DNA from: Toensbergia leucococca
Taxonomy: Eukaryota
Reading direction: 5' to 3'
Assembly: GCA_022813965.1 (NCBI GenBank)
Contig: JALDZS010000137.1
Location: forward strand, 1-64,000
Length of the DNA stretch: 64,000 nt
The notes under the pieces are model-generated. The model was given only the letters and a program-made list of their open reading frames with translations, did not search any database and was not told where the DNA came from. This document shows, in pieces, positions 1 through 14,314 of the stretch. Made by a program: the position numbers and the translations under genes. The first letter of the stretch is position 1, and the number at the start of each line of letters is the position of its first letter.

Positions 1-468
1 ATGATTGTTAAGGTGATGTTTGTAAAGAATTGAGGGTGTGAATTCAGGGTCTACAGTGTACTACAAAAAGGTATCCCTCTAATACTATTAAATCTATGTA
101 TGTAAAAGCAGTTTAATGCGTCAAAACAACAGAACAACACTTTTGATCAATTCTCACTGAAGACTTTTCTTTCTAAAAAAGGATCGTAGACTCAAAGCTG
201 TGCTTCATAGTGTAGAACGGAGAAAATGAAAGCTTAACATGCCTGCGTATTTAGAAGTGAAAAAAAAGGGTCAGTCTCTGATCAAGACAAGAAAACTCTT
301 CATCAAGTATCACACTTGAGGTGAGGGGAAGAATTATAATCAGAATAATTTGTCCCCAGCGTTGCGCGAATGAATGAAGACAGTTGTCAACACCACCTGA
401 CTCCTCTTCAACTACTCTCCGCTTTGAGATGTTCTAAACTTCTGATACAAAGACAGGAAGGCTTCATA

Positions 469-2744
469 TCAGACCAACGGCTTTGGCTCAGGTGGTGCCT
501 CATTTGCGCTCATGTCAGTCCATTCAACGGCGCCGTCTCTTCTTCTCTCAGCACGTTTCAAAGCCGTCAAGCCATCATTATCTCTTCCATCCAGGTCGAT
601 ATCATGAAGAGCGCTTTGTCGGAGATAGCGAAGCGTCTCCGTATCCCCATCCCTTGCAGCAAAATGGAGTAAAGAGCCGTGTTGACTGTTGAGCATACTG
701 TCGGCTCCGATTTGGAGGAGGTGCTTGAAGGCGTGGTACTGATGTCGGCTTCATGCGTAAGTCAGAGGGGTTACTCCCATGTCACTCTTGGTTTCGAGAT
801 TGGCTCCGTGCCGTACGAAGGCGTCGATCAATTCAGTGTTTCCGTTGCGTACTATCCAATGTAAAGGCGTCCATCCACTGCCATCTTTAACGTTGATATC
901 AGCGTCAAAGCGGGTGAATTTCTCCAACGTTCCGGAGGTACAATTGTTCCAGAAGGTGAAATCATGTAGAGGTGTACCTGCTCTTCTATTCTTCACATGA
1001 ACGTCTGCCCCACTCTCCAGCATTATTTCAATGCACTGCTCGTTGATACAATTTGACAGATGATGGAGAGGGGTTCTGCCTTCGCTATCTGCAAGATTAG
1101 GATCGGCGCCTTTTCTGAGAAGGCTCTCAACATTGTACGTATCGCCTTTTGCACAGGCCCACGATAGAGCACTACGCCCACCCTGATCCACCTCGTCAAT
1201 GATCTCGCGAGGCGTCATCCTCATTATCGCTTCAGGTGCAGTACCGTCAGTATCTAGGCCTAGGATTGCGGCGTGTAGCATCGTAAAGCCGAAATATTCG
1301 AGTTGTAACTCGCTTCCGAAGATGGACTTGTACTCCATGGACCAGTAGCTTCTGCTGATCAAAGTTTGTCGCCAGAAGTATAGGTATGCAGACCTACGGA
1401 TCCATGGTAAGCTCATCTCAAACAGTGGAAGCGGGGCATGTACATGGATCTTGTGTCTTGCTGGTGTGGATCGATGCCCAGATTCACCAATGCCTTCAAG
1501 AACTCGTTTCCCACAGCCCCAAATCCCCCAGTCGTAAGAGCAATCTGCGAGACTTACTCAACTATGGACTATTGTGTATACGAGAATACTGACCGTAAGC
1601 AACGATTCGCCTTCCTCATTGACATCCAAGATGGAGGCACTTCCATCCACCAGCATTGCTCGGACCTTGAACGTGTCCTGGCACGTCACTGCCGAGAAAA
1701 TTTCCGAGTTGTAAGGACAAACTCTCAAAGTCTTTAGCTGCAAATCTGGTCCAGGTTTTCGCAACTTCATGCTGACAATCCGATTAAGAAACCAGTTGGG
1801 GAATACATATAAGACATCAACCGTGGAACCCGTGACTCGCCTACAAAGATGCGAATCGCATGGCGTGGTCAGGTATGGCAAAGCGCTATATCCAACGAAA
1901 AGCGAGCCGAGTACCTGGTTGAAGAAGGTAGGACTTTTAAATTGCTTCTTCTTGTGACAGGTGCAAGGGCAAAACGATCCACAGGTCATATTTTGCATCA
2001 CACGGAAGTGTGTTGACCGGGTGAAAGAATTGCTAGCTTCAGGCAACGCTATCAGACTCATAGATGACACTGGGGGTTGTTGCAAATCAACCTCGTGTTG
2101 TGGATTATCTTCTGATATGGGTGGCTCCTGAGCTGTCTGTGGTGGCTGAATCAATCTTCTGATCATTTCCTCTAGTGTCTGGTGGTGAGTGAAGAGCTTC
2201 GCATTGCTGGCTTCCAGTTGGACCAAGGAAACATGAGTTGTCGTTCGCCATTGCCTATGCAGTCGTTTATCAGCAAGTTTCTGTTGCGCTTGAGGAGTGC
2301 CTCAATCGCATCTTACATCTCATCTACGTTGAAAGCCACAAGAACATCCAATTTTGCGTGTCGCAGTCGCTTTCTCATCCCTCGAAGCTTGTCTTCGGCG
2401 AGTAACCAGAACCTGCGATTGATCTTTGGCTTCGGGCTGCCGGTAGTTATGATTAGACCATGGGCCACCATCTTTTCAAGGTCTAGGATGACTTCTTTGG
2501 CGCGTAGTATTGCTGCAGAAAGCAATTCCTGATTGGAACACGGCTCGTTCTGAAGTGCTACCTGTTGCCGGCAAACGTCCTCGATTTTACTTATGGCAAG
2601 ACTAAAACCAGAAAGCTCATTGTTAAGTTGCTGTAAGACTTGTGGGGCATGTTTGAGAGCTAAAAGTTTTCGCACGCCTTTAGCAACTGTGTCTACAACG
2701 CCGATCAATGTCGCGAGACTCGCTGCGAGAGAGATCGGGTCCAT
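469..2744 (-). pseudogene. Ankyrin-repeat protein with N-terminal fungal helical (HeLo-like/STAND N-terminal-type) domain; interrupted by an in-frame TGA
   Basis: N-terminus MDPISLAASLATLIGVV. Four exons can be joined in frame through GT-AG introns (e.g. 2255-2316). Contains a CxCxCH...LGSLFVGYS motif and many ankyrin repeats (GRSALSWA, GRTPLHH, GWTPLHW). ORFs 751-1416 and 469-696 share a frame and are separated by one TGA at 751-753. Confidence 0.7.
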
Positions 2745-4039
2745 TGTTACATCAGAGGCTGACGACTATTTTCCGAGTTTTCAAGATCTCTTGATCCATG
2801 GCAAGAAACAGCGACTTGACAGAAAATGAAGAATGGTAAAGGAGTCCATGACTTGCTGCCTCAATAGTCTTGAAGAACCATAAGGGATAGCCTTGGTGGC
2901 TTTGCGGAACGAGCAGGGTATTCTTTCCTATCTCTCTGCAACGCAAGGAGGTAGCAAGGCAGCGAGGTAGGACAACGAGAGCTTGCCGTTCTGAATTCAT
3001 ATCCTTATCCAGGTGAGTAATTGGCAGCACAGGGCAGCAGGCGTGATAGCCATTGATGCCTGACCCCAAACCTGAGCCTTGCTGTCTTGATTTCAGCTGC
3101 AGCAGTTCGACAGCAAATACCGTTCTGGTCAAGGTGATTATTTGACATGTCAGTGCAGCATGCGTGATATTCATTGATGTAGTCTAAGCCTCATTGCCTT
3201 GTTCTCAGCCTAATGCTCACCGAGTCATTTGCTCCATAGAGAGATATGGACTGACCTGTCACAGACACATGATGATACAGGATTGAGGCAAGAGGCTGAC
3301 CTTTGACGCCATTAGTGCGATTGGCAGATCTGCCTTGGACATCAGAATTGTATGGCAATTTTGCCGAATTCTGTTCCTCTGATAGCTCATCAATTCCTGT
3401 AAAATTATAAGCTTCATTACACACTATTCCCTGAATCAGCAAAAAGTACACAACTTACAAAACATACACAAGGGCCTGGTGGGCCTACCTTCCGATCCCG
3501 CCACCCAAAAAGCTGAGTTCACACATCCCGCTATACAAGAAAACCCCCTCTTGCCCTTTTCAAAACAAGAAAAATAATTGATATGCTAGTACCCCTTCTC
3601 TCTATCTTTGCAACCTGCATTTCAAATTAAGGCAGCAGACTTTTTCCTAAAGAGAATGATAAAATCATCAGAGTTGAGAGACTGTAAAGTTTTTTTGTGA
3701 AGAGAGGGTGAGTTTTTTGTTAAGAGGGCTTACAATTTTCATGTGAGATAGTATGGGGTTGAGTTGGTACTTGTATTCCCATTGAAAGAAGAAAAAAAAT
3801 AAATAAAATGAAAAAGCGTCACCGGGTTGAAGGGGGGAGAAAATCATTCCTTCATGCCTTGCCTACCCAGCTCAATCTGACATCGGCAAAAAAAACCCAA
3901 AAAACTCAAAAAAACATAAACTCAAATTCTCCGAGGAACCCCACTACCCAAACCCCACGCAACCCACCTCCCTCAAACCCCTTCCCCCCCTCTCAATCCT
4001 TCATCCCAGCCCCTCACAAACAAACAAAAAAAAAACCCT

Positions 4040-4549
4040 TTACTTCCCCCCCAACATCCCCCCCAACCCGCCCTTGGACCTCTTATCCAACTCCTCCTTG
4101 TCAATAGGACCCGTATCACCCCTCTCAGCCCGATTCATCCCCTCCTTGGACGACAGATCCCCGACGCCGCCCAAGAGGCCTTTGCTGGCTAGTTGATCAC
4201 CGGCGGTGTCGGCGACGGTGTCCTGAAGGCCGGAGAGGTTCTTGTCGCCGGTTGGGTGCATGGATTTGAGGTTTTCTGGTTTGGGGGGTTTTAGCGGGTG
4301 TTTTTCTCTTTTTTCACGTTTCTTAGGAAGGCAAGGGGGGGATGTTTTTTGTTTTGTTTTCTTTTTTGCTTTTTCAGTTGGGGGGGAGAGGGGAGGATAG
4401 GGACCCGGGGAGGGGAAAGGAAGAATTTAAAAACCTTTTGCGGTGTAGGAGGTTTTGTTCTCGCCAAAGTAGGCGAGGTATTTATCTTCGAGCCATGGGA
4501 CGTAGGAGTTGTAGTAGGAGTTGTATTGTTTTTTAGTCCATTCCGTCAT
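4040..4549 (-). CDS. Small hydrophilic fungal protein (2 exons), function unknown
   Basis: Exon 1 reads MTEWTKKQYNSYYNSYVPWLEDKYLAYFGENKTSYTAK, then a GT donor. Exon 2 overlaps ORF 4040-4261 (GDLSSKEGMNRAERGD). Confidence 0.65.
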
Positions 4550-5258
4550 TTTGGGCTAGTTGGAGAAGTTCTTGAATGGCGGATGTGTTTTGCTTTGGCT
4601 GTATTGAGGGGACGAGGGAGGTCAATTGTTATTACTTGGGGTTAATGTTGATGGTAAGGAGATAGATATGTTGTGTAGCTACGGAGTATGTAGGAGGTGG
4701 ATGATACTCTTATCTTGGTTGTGACTTGACCCGGTGACGACGATGCGCGCTACGGCGTTCTAGATGATCTGATGACGTTGGTTTGGCGCGAGATCGAGGC
4801 AGGGATGTTTTCTTGCTTTTGGAGGAGACAGTGGTGACAGCGCACAGTTTCCATCGCGCTACTCTGTATTGGCTTAGTCCTGTCGTTTCAAGTCATTGCT
4901 TTGGTTTCAGTCATTCTCATTCCAGATTATTGGGACATTCTCGATAGAGGAATGTGCAAAGCGAATGCGAAGACGATGACATAAAGTGAAACCCAAGAGT
5001 AATAAGAGTAGAGCAAGACAACCCTATAAGATAAGTAAATGACGACAAGAAACCCGATAAAAGCATCCTAAGAAGACTCCAAGGAATTGTGAAAATGTGA
5101 CAGTCATTACTAAAATTGTGGGCCCTATGGAGAACTAGACATGAGAATCAGCGAATCAAGTAGACACTCGCAGAATTCAATCCCCGGCTTCATCCAGCTT
5201 CTTCGACTCCATGAAAGCAGAGCTTCTAGTAAGTACAGTCTGTTCGTCAAAATGCTGA

Positions 5259-7270
5259 CTAGTGAACCATATGGAGATTGACAGCCTCCTCGCGCCGCAG
5301 CGATTGCCCGCGGTAATGCTTGCGACCTCGGGCAAACCAATCGACTACGATGATTAAGACGACAACACCGTAGACGGCCGAGACATAATTCATATCTGCA
5401 CAACTTGTCAGTTAACTCAAACAATCTTTCTTGATGCATGAAGCTCTCGCTCCAAATAGGAAGGGAATAAATACATACTACTAGCTACAACTGGCTTAGC
5501 AGGGGGAAATGAATACATAATGAAAGTGAAAAACGTCCACATCAGGAGAACGATATTGGAGAGTAAGCCGATAGGACCTAGCCAGAAGGGTCCATGCCGG
5601 ATATTGTCGCGACCACGAACGAGAAGGCATATCACTGGAATGGAGTACGAGATATAGAGAAGGACAATACAGGCTGTCACCATGCTGGAAAGGTGAATGA
5701 GTTAGCTTCTTCAACAAAAGAAAATGGGCAAATAAAAATGATTCGAAATGCATGTTGAGACATAGATGAGAGTCGAGCATGTCCCGTCAAAAACGACTTT
5801 CGTCTTCAGAGATTGGTACTTTCCAGGAGTCGAGAGATCCATGCACTTTGAATTCATATCCAATTATGATGCTGGTACCTTTGTTCGTGCCATGTTCCGG
5901 AGACGTGCCGAGGAAATGGGTGACAGTGGCAGGGACTTCCAAACAGGGTCACGGCTCTCCAGTGAAGAATGTCGATACTAAACGAAAATAGACGCTCACC
6001 TGTTGAAAGCAGTATACGACCCCAAATACAGGCATCCCAAGATGGCAACAATGACACAACTCACAAAATGCGCATGTAACGGCACATCCAGAGTTGGATG
6101 AATCTTGCTCAAATAAGGCGCGAATGGTAAACCCCTATCTCGCGCAAAACTCCAACACAATCTACTCTGCCACGTGTGACTCGCAATCTGACACCCGATT
6201 CCCGTAGCCATGATCAAACTCTCCAAAGCAATAGCGCCAGCCTTGCTGGACAAAGCTTGATCAAAGAGCTCGAGGATAGGAACTTCGGTTGGAGTATCGA
6301 AGAGGGCATCGAGATTATTCACACTGAAGAACATGGAGATGGAATAAAACCAGGATGTCACAAGACCAATGGCTACCGTTCCCATGATGGCGATAGGTAT
6401 CATCTTCTCTGGTCGTTGCACCTCTTCAGCCATGTGCGTGGCACAATCCAGGCATGCAAAAGCCCAATTAGTATTAATCAATCCAACAATGAAGGCGATT
6501 CCATTCTGAGTCCATCCTGTATTGTTCACAAAGTTCGCAAAGACAAATCTAGCATCCTGGTGAGTAGGAGCCTTGGCAGGAACAACGACGAGGATGACGA
6601 AAAAGGAGATGAGGGAACAGTAAAGTGCCGTGTTGGCGATTGCTGGCAAGAGTTTACCGTAGCAGTTGAACACGAAGGCAAAGGTATTGATGACTTGATA
6701 CGCAACAAAGACGTGCCACGCGTGTATGACACTAGAACAATTAGCAGAGAGAGACGAACTCAACAGGAAGTCATACAAATCTGGATGAGCCAACTGCCAA
6801 CATCCTACACCAGCACTGCCAACGGCCAAAGCAACACTAGCGGATGTGAAGACAGATCCAGCCCAAGCAAACCAGCCTGTCAAATAGGATGCAAAGTTGG
6901 CATACTTTTTCGGGGCCAGCTCGTTTGCCCAGAAGTATTGACCACCGGCATTTGGCATTGCACTAGCCAATTCAGACAGCGAGATACCAACGCAGGTTGA
7001 AATCAAGGCGATTAAAAGGATGCCATAGATGATGAGGACGGGTCCTCCAGAGTTGATACCAGTGATCAGAGCAGCTGAGATGGCGAACCATGAGTTAGTA
7101 AGGGAGAAGCCTACACCCAAGACGGAGAGGACGGAAAAGTTCCGCTTCATGTCTTGGGTGTAGCCCATCTCAGCTAATTTGAGAGCATCGGTGTCCAGGT
7201 CTTTGAGATTAGTAATGTTGTCATCGGATGGAGCCTGGCTGATACTCAGCTCATTCTTTTCCAACGACAT
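5259..7270 (-). CDS. HNM1: APC-family amino acid/choline permease (HNM1-like)
   Basis: LAEMGYTQDMKRNFS, ELASAMPNAGGQYFW, DCATHMAEE and SFARDRGLPF motifs with many TM segments. Downstream exons near 5450-5690 and 5259-5395 end ...NLHMVH*. Confidence 0.85.
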
Positions 7271-8586
7271 GACGGCAGTTGTTGTAATTGTGTACAGGCT
7301 ACGAACGAGAGAGAGCAGAATACTGGTTGTAGAGAGAGCAGGTGAATCAAGAGGCTGAAGTCAAGTGAATAGAGTCCGAGGTAGGTGATAAGGTAGGTAA
7401 GATGATGAAAGAAAGTCCGGACCTGCTCCCGACAAATGCAATTCCGAGAAAAGGGATCCCTTAGTGTTACAATTACTATTCTGTGTATTAGATCCTTCCA
7501 ATCTAGTACAGATGGATGTTTTTGAGAGAGGGTTTGATGACAAATGGAATTGACTTGAATAGCTTTTCTTTATCTAATGACGGTAATACAGCAAGGCCCA
7601 TGTTGTTGTTGAGATGACGAGACTTACAGAGTAGTAGGCACAGCAGAATAATAGTATATGTTACACGGCGGACATATCGATCATGTACAAAGATAGCAGA
7701 AGATGCAAGCAATAGAGCACAATTTACAAGGGAATGTGTCGATCAAAGCCAGGACGAATATGCGAAAGTAAATGGCATAAGGATTGCATGGCCATGATGC
7801 CCATTTCCAGTCATGCATCCGAAGGAGAAGGAATGCCAATTTTTATGATTGGCTTTGGGCTTGGAAACCAAGAGGGGAAAGCAAGAGGGGAAAGGATAAA
7901 GGATCCTTGAACGCGTCCTGTGCTTAAATTTGAAGATAAAGAAGATCTGCATCCGAATCCTTGCCCTCATCTCACCACCCTCGGATTATTTATCTCGCTT
8001 AGAGTAATTGCACCCCCCTCGAACCAAACTGCAACAAGGCCGTTTTTGCCCTTCCAGCATATCATTGCTACACCGCATCATGGCATGCAAGTACTTCACC
8101 ACCTCAATCTCTATAAGCACAACATCAACAAATGTAAAATGGTGACAAGATAACAACCCTCTGAACCTTCAACTGTCATGCGACAAGTAATCCTTCGCGC
8201 CCCACACCGGCTCTCAAATTCCTCCGAGCTTAGGCATGGGGTCAGCGTTTCAAGGAAAACAATCCCATCAGCTGCGTAGCCATCAGCTTCGTAGATATGC
8301 AAGATGATCAATCCTTTCGTGCTTCCTCTAAATATACCAACTAAGAAAAACTGCCAAAGCCCCAAGTCTATGAACGAAGCCCATGGCGTATAATCCCGGA
8401 AAACTTCATAACATTGCAAAGAGAAAAACATGCAACTTTTCTCTAATGATTCCCTCCACGTCTATTCCCAAGGTATCTGTCTTTGCGCCCATTACAAAAA
8501 TCCAAACAAAGCTTTCTAATGAGCCAAGTAAACCATTACCCTTATCTCATGCAAGATAAGACAACCCTATGCTACGAAAAAGACAT

Positions 8587-11500
8587 TCAAGTTTCTTCGT
8601 CATCTGTATCCGGTGGGTGAGGTGTCCCCTTGGGCGAGTTGAGCCACTCGATATGTCTTAATCTTCTCCGCACCTCCCGTTCCTTCACCTGAGCACGAGT
8701 CAACTTCTTCTTCTTCTTCGACTTGAACTTCATGTCTCCGCCATCTTCCGCTCCCGAATTGACGGCTGAAGCAGCGGCGCTCGATACCGCACTGCTTACG
8801 TTACTGCTCCCTGGTCGACTGTCTTCAAATCGGTCCATTGCCACGGCGAGGTGACCCTTGTGAGTCACCCGGCCATCGGCGACGTGCCATTGCTCCGGAC
8901 ACAGCGCTCCGACGAATTCTTCGTTGTGAGAAATCATCACGACTCCACCTTTGTAATCGCGGATTGCAACGGCAAGTCCACCTAAAGAGTCACGGTCCAA
9001 ATAATTGGTAGGTTCGTCGAGCACAAGAAGATGAGGATTGTTCCACATGGCACCTGCTAGTACCACTTTGACTTTCTGTCCGCCGGATAAACCCGAAATC
9101 TCATTGTGATTGGCAATTTCAGGATCAAGCCCAATATCTTCAAAATGCTTCGATATGACTTTGGGTTCAAGTTGGCGGAACCCGAGTCCTTCTCTCGAGG
9201 CTTCGTGATCGTCAAACTCTTGCACAAGTTTGTCGAAACCAAGTTCAAGTAGCGTTTCTCGAGAAACTTGTGAGTTATACTTCGGAAGCATGCCAGCCCA
9301 TTTCCTATACAATGTTAGTCTCGCTTATTGGAAACTTCTGAGAAATTAGCACTTACACCTCATACTGAAACGATTTCTTGTATTTTTGCCTCCCCATCAG
9401 ATTCTCAATCTGCCGGCCGCTCATTCCAGGACCTAGATCAATCATTTTCTCCATCTGAGCCTTGTCCTCTGGTGTAAGAACTCTTGTCTGCTTCATCAAG
9501 ACTTCTCGATCGTCTCCGTTGGCGTAACGCCATTGAAGATATTGATTAGGAGTCTTCTCCATGTGCATTTCAACGTGCTCCAAAGCGTGCTGCTTGATGT
9601 AACCAATACGTAGATTGGGATGCTTCTCTACTTTACCCAATTGAGGAATTGTCTCGCCAGTGAGGAGCTTAATTAAAGTAGACTTGCCAGCACCATTGGC
9701 ACCGATGATAGCTGTTCGAGAAGACAGAGTAAGAGCACAGGTGACATCTTCGAGAGAGGGCTTCGAAGCTCCGGGATAGGTAAATGTACAGTTCGACATA
9801 CGAATGATGGCTCTAGTGGATGACTTTACTCCCGTGAGTAGCCCAGGAGATGGGAACTTGAATTGTACCTGGGAAGCTGAAAGAGTATAGTAGCTTTTTG
9901 CCTCGGGTTTGACTCGAACAAAGCTTGAGAATCCGTTAGCAAAGTATCTTTCAGTGACGCAGGAATACTTACGCTGCAAGATTGCCTTGGTAGCAAACCA
10001 GCTTTTTCCCCTCGTAATGATAGATATTCGTACATACCGCGTCCAAGAAACCAGAGTCGTGACTGACAATCAAACTCGTAATCTCCGTATGGCTTTTCAG
10101 ATATTCTTGTAGCCATTTGACATTACTGACATCCAAATGATTAGTCGGTTCGTCCAAAAGCAACACGTCCGCTCCCATAAGCATTGCTCGAGCTAGCGCG
10201 AGCTTCATCTTCCAGCCTCCAGATAGCGAGCCGACCTTTTGTTGTTGTCGACCTTGAGGTCCAGTCGTAAAACCAACTTCACTTAGAACCTCCGAGATTC
10301 GGTCTTGACCAGTCTTTGCAAGCTCGGGATCCTTGGAGACAAACTCAAGAATACTGAGATCGGCATCTTCGCCTTGGTTATGCTCGACGAAACATGTCTT
10401 GAGTTGATCTTTAGAAGGAAAGCCCTCAAGCTTCCCTTCAGCGATACTCCGCATAAGAGTAGACTTCCCGGCACCATTTCGTCCGCACAGTCCATACCGA
10501 TGTCCTTTGAGAAGACGTAAATTGGTGTGTGATAGTAAAAGCATGCCACCGTATGCCAAGGAGAAATCGGTATTGACTATTTCAATTTCGCCAGTATTCT
10601 CTTTGATAGGCTGCCCAAACTTGCGGTGATCCTCGTCGACAAAATGTTTTTGTAAAGCCTGAGCGATAGCATCTCCTTGGTCGTTCTTGACTAAATGTTT
10701 CAAATATGGTCCACTGCAAAGGCTAATGCGGGTCATTTCTCGTAGATTAACGTCTTCCCGTACCATTTCTGCAACATAATCCTTTGTGAGAGCCCAAAGT
10801 TCAGCATCACCGGGCTCTCCAACCAGACCACCTTGAACCTTCAGCTCTCTCTCCAAGACCTTCAAAACATCCTGAGACGTAGTTGGAGCAATCTGTCCAG
10901 AGGCAAGGTTTCCGTCATCATCCCCCATTGCCTTGTCGATGACGTTCACAGCTCTCGTAGCAAGCTCGCGAACTTCAGGTAGCGACGCTCTGTCCTTGAC
11001 GCCTTGAACACCAGGTTTCAATTTTGGAAGGAAGGTCCTCGCTTCCACCGGGTCATGAACAAGCTTTGTAAGATTTTCTACAACCACCACAGTCTGTCGT
11101 AATACTTCTTGCGATGTCGTCGGTGTATTCAAGGATCTTTCGAGAAGGGGGGTGAGCAAAGCCAGAACAGGTGAGGTAACAATGGCGACGAAGGTGGTTT
11201 GTGATAAAGCATGGATCGCTTTCTGCAATGTCTCGGTCGACGGGTTTTGCATAGTCTTGATGAGTAACGGTATTCGGGGTGCAACATCGTCATTGGACAA
11301 TAGTGTGGTCAAGGAGGTCATGGTCTTCATGGCTTGCTTTGAAACCTAATGAGGCATTGTCAACGTATGTATCCTTCTGCTGGTGGAGTATCACATACCT
11401 CGGATTTCAAATCATGCATACCGGTCTCAACGATCGGTATCAGACCCGCTAATTTGTTTCCCATAAGTTCTCGTAGCACGTCTTTGAGCTTTTCTGTCTC

Positions 11501-12094
11501 TTTACTCTCCATTCCTAACTTTGCTTTGTCCGCCATCCTTCCAATGAGCTCGTAGGCGCCAACTGTGCCTTGCCATTTACCAGATCTCTTGGCCAGGTAT
11601 CTCGAGAGTACTGGCAAAAGACCCACTACCATGCTTTCCGGTGTCAGGTTGGCAAACAATGCGTCCAAAGCATACTGCGCAGATTCCCGGACGACAGCTC
11701 CTTTATCTGCCAGTGCGTCTAAGGCTGGTGCTAATATGCCACCTTCCTGCAGGAAGAATATAACCTCACTAACTGACTGGGTGGGCGGGAACTTCTCCAA
11801 AAAGGCACCGAGTATGATCATTGCGCTTTCACGTCTCGATCCGTCCTTCTTGTCTGCCGCTGCTTTCTTAATCTGATCGAGTACGCCATAAGAACGAAGT
11901 CCTCGGAAGCCAACTGAATTCAGTAGGAGATTCGTCAAGGCATATGCGCCGTCAAGAGAAGCTTGTGAAGTTTGAGCCTTGAATATAGTGTCGAGAAGAG
12001 AAGAGATTTCCTCGGGAGTTGGTGGAATGGCGGAAGGAGTGGAGGACTTGGAGATCATGATGTGTGTAGGAGGTGGGGAGACTTGGTGTGGCAT
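8587..12094 (-). CDS. NEW1: eEF3-related ABC-F ATPase (NEW1/Elf1 type)
   Basis: N-terminal HEAT-like region and two ABC cassettes (GRNGAGKS/LSGGW/LLLDEPTNHLD; GANGAGKS/LSGGQ/LVLDEPTNYLD). Chromodomain-like insert and basic tail KKKKKLTRAQVKEREVRRRLRH. Several introns; start codon uncertain. Confidence 0.85.
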
Positions 12095-12640
12095 AGTCTT
12101 TGCCGTCAAACTGGTCGCACTTCTGTACGATCCGGAAAATGTAGACCCTGCTTCTGGGCAGACTGGGGAGTGGGGTTGCGCTTCGCAATCAATGGCTTGT
12201 CAGTGGTTTTGGCAATCCAAATACGAATCCCGATGAGAGACAGAACCCAAGGCAGGGTGATGAAGTCAGAAGAACACTCCCAGAGTAAAAGAGTAAATGG
12301 AAGATGAAAAAAGATGAAGGTTGGGAAAATGGGAAAATGAGAAAATGTGAAAATGGTCAGCCTTTCGTCTGCAACGTGCGCCGAAGGTCAAAAATTGGAA
12401 ATTTCATGCGCTACGATAAGATACACCGCCTCTGGCCTAGACCAATTGGATAGGGTATTTTGAGTGGATATTATGTAATAGTACGAATAGGTATCAAGGG
12501 CTAAGGATATCACGTGGGACGATTTCGTTCCTTAGCTCTTCAAATTTTCTTGCACTGGTGACACCGGAATCTCATGTGTTTTATCTACAGATGTGACCTC
12601 GATTCTACGGTCTATATTCACAATTTGGCTTCTGTGGGCT

Positions 12641-14314
12641 CTATTTCGGCTGTTCTAGCGCTTTCCGCTCATCAAATGTCAACTCGCTCTCCGCCTTTCG
12701 AATTCTCACAAATGTCAACATGATGGCCAATGAAAACGATGAGCAAGCAAATTCATACCAGAATACAGATTGGTAACTCCTCTTCAATCCGAGATGAAGA
12801 GTTTCCGTTTGCGTGACATCTGCAAACGCAAGAAGGACCGAAATTCCTAGGTAAAGAAGGCTGTTGCTCAGCGCCCCCGCCAGGCCTTGTCTCGCTGACG
12901 ATAGATTGGTTGTGATAAAGACATTGGCAACGTTGAAGCTGATATCAATCCCGATTGTTGCACAAATCATAGCAGGGAAGACGTAAGCCCAATAGTTGGC
13001 CCCTAATGGCGCCAAGGCAAAAAGGAGTGAGGTGATTATCCAACCGATTCCAGCAATGAGCATCAGCAGCGTACCAGGAATGATGTGCAGGACGTAGCCG
13101 CCCAAGATGGAGATGAAGACTCCTCCGGCGCACATGGGTATAAACCAAGCTGAGACCTGTAGTGGAGAGGCGCCCATAATATCTTGCATATAAAGGGTGG
13201 AATAGAGAAGCCATATCCCCAAGTTGGCGTATGAGAAGAACAAGACAATGAGAAGAGGCTTGATGTAAGGGACCTCGAAGAAGTCAAAAGGCACTAGGGG
13301 AGTCTTGGCAACCCAACCTTCGACGTAAAATGCGAGGCTGAGGATAAAGACACCCACGATCAACAGAATATAGATATACGGTGTTCTCCACCTGTCCGGT
13401 GCGTGAGAGCTGTCAGTAAGTGCAAATACCACAAAGATTAGCCCAGACACTATCAGTGCGGACCCTAGCCAATCCATTTCAATCTTCAACTTTTTGTGTT
13501 CTTCCATGTCCGACGGCACTGCCCATAGGGCAGCTACAGCAGTGGTAGATATCAGAATTGCTCCTATCCAAAAATACCAGCCGAATCTTGTAAACTGGCC
13601 TGTCAAGCCTGCAATGAAGACTCCAAAAAAGAAACCTAGGGGCGCTGAGCCTCCGTAAATACTGAAAACTAAGTTCTTACGTGGACCTGGTCGATAAGTA
13701 CTTCCTATTAGCATAACGCCAGACGGAAGCAAAGCAGCTGGTCCTAGGCCTTGCAAAGCACGACAAAGATCCAACATCAACGGGCTCGTTGCAAACCCTG
13801 CGATAAGCGACCAAAGACAAAACCAAGTCAAGCCAAAGAGGTACACGGGGTAGCCACCATACATATCGGCGAGACGACCAAATGGCAGGAGAAAGGCTGA
13901 TGTCACAAGAGTGAAGGCGCTGGCCGGCCAAATCTCTGCGCCTGGGGGAATGTCGAGGGTTTTAATCAGGGTGGGAACGAGTAGATTGAAACCAGAGACG
14001 AAGTACTCCTGCGATAGCAGAATTATAAGACGTGATCGTTAATGAATCTAGTGCCAACGGATAGCACAGTAACTTACGGCCATGAATTGCGATGCAATTA
14101 TTGAGTAGCAGAAGAGGAACTCGGCCCACAGTGACTTGAACTTAGATGGTCTTTCTCTCCCAAGACGTTCAACACGTACCCTCTCCGATCTTTCACTCTG
14201 CTCTATGTTTTTCTCGTTTGAGCCATGTAGAGTATTTGCATCGGCGGCTTGGTGTTCAGTGTCACAGCATGTAGGAGGCCGTAAATGAGATGCGGGCTTC
14301 ACCAGACTATCCAT
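12641..14314 (-). CDS. MFS drug:H+ antiporter (DHA2/ATR1-like)
   Basis: GRLADMYG motif A, RALQGLG, YRPGPRKNLVFS and many TM helices. First exon starts MDSLVKP, with an intron near 14010-14075. Confidence 0.85.

Noticed and set aside
3808..4645. Low-complexity plus-strand ORFs
   Set aside because: Arise from homopolymer-rich intron and UTR sequence of the small minus-strand gene.
6176..7000. 274-aa plus-strand ORF and similar antisense ORFs (e.g. 14768-15361, 20001-20543, 48749-49063)
   Set aside because: Shadow ORFs opposite well-supported genes, with no recognisable motifs.
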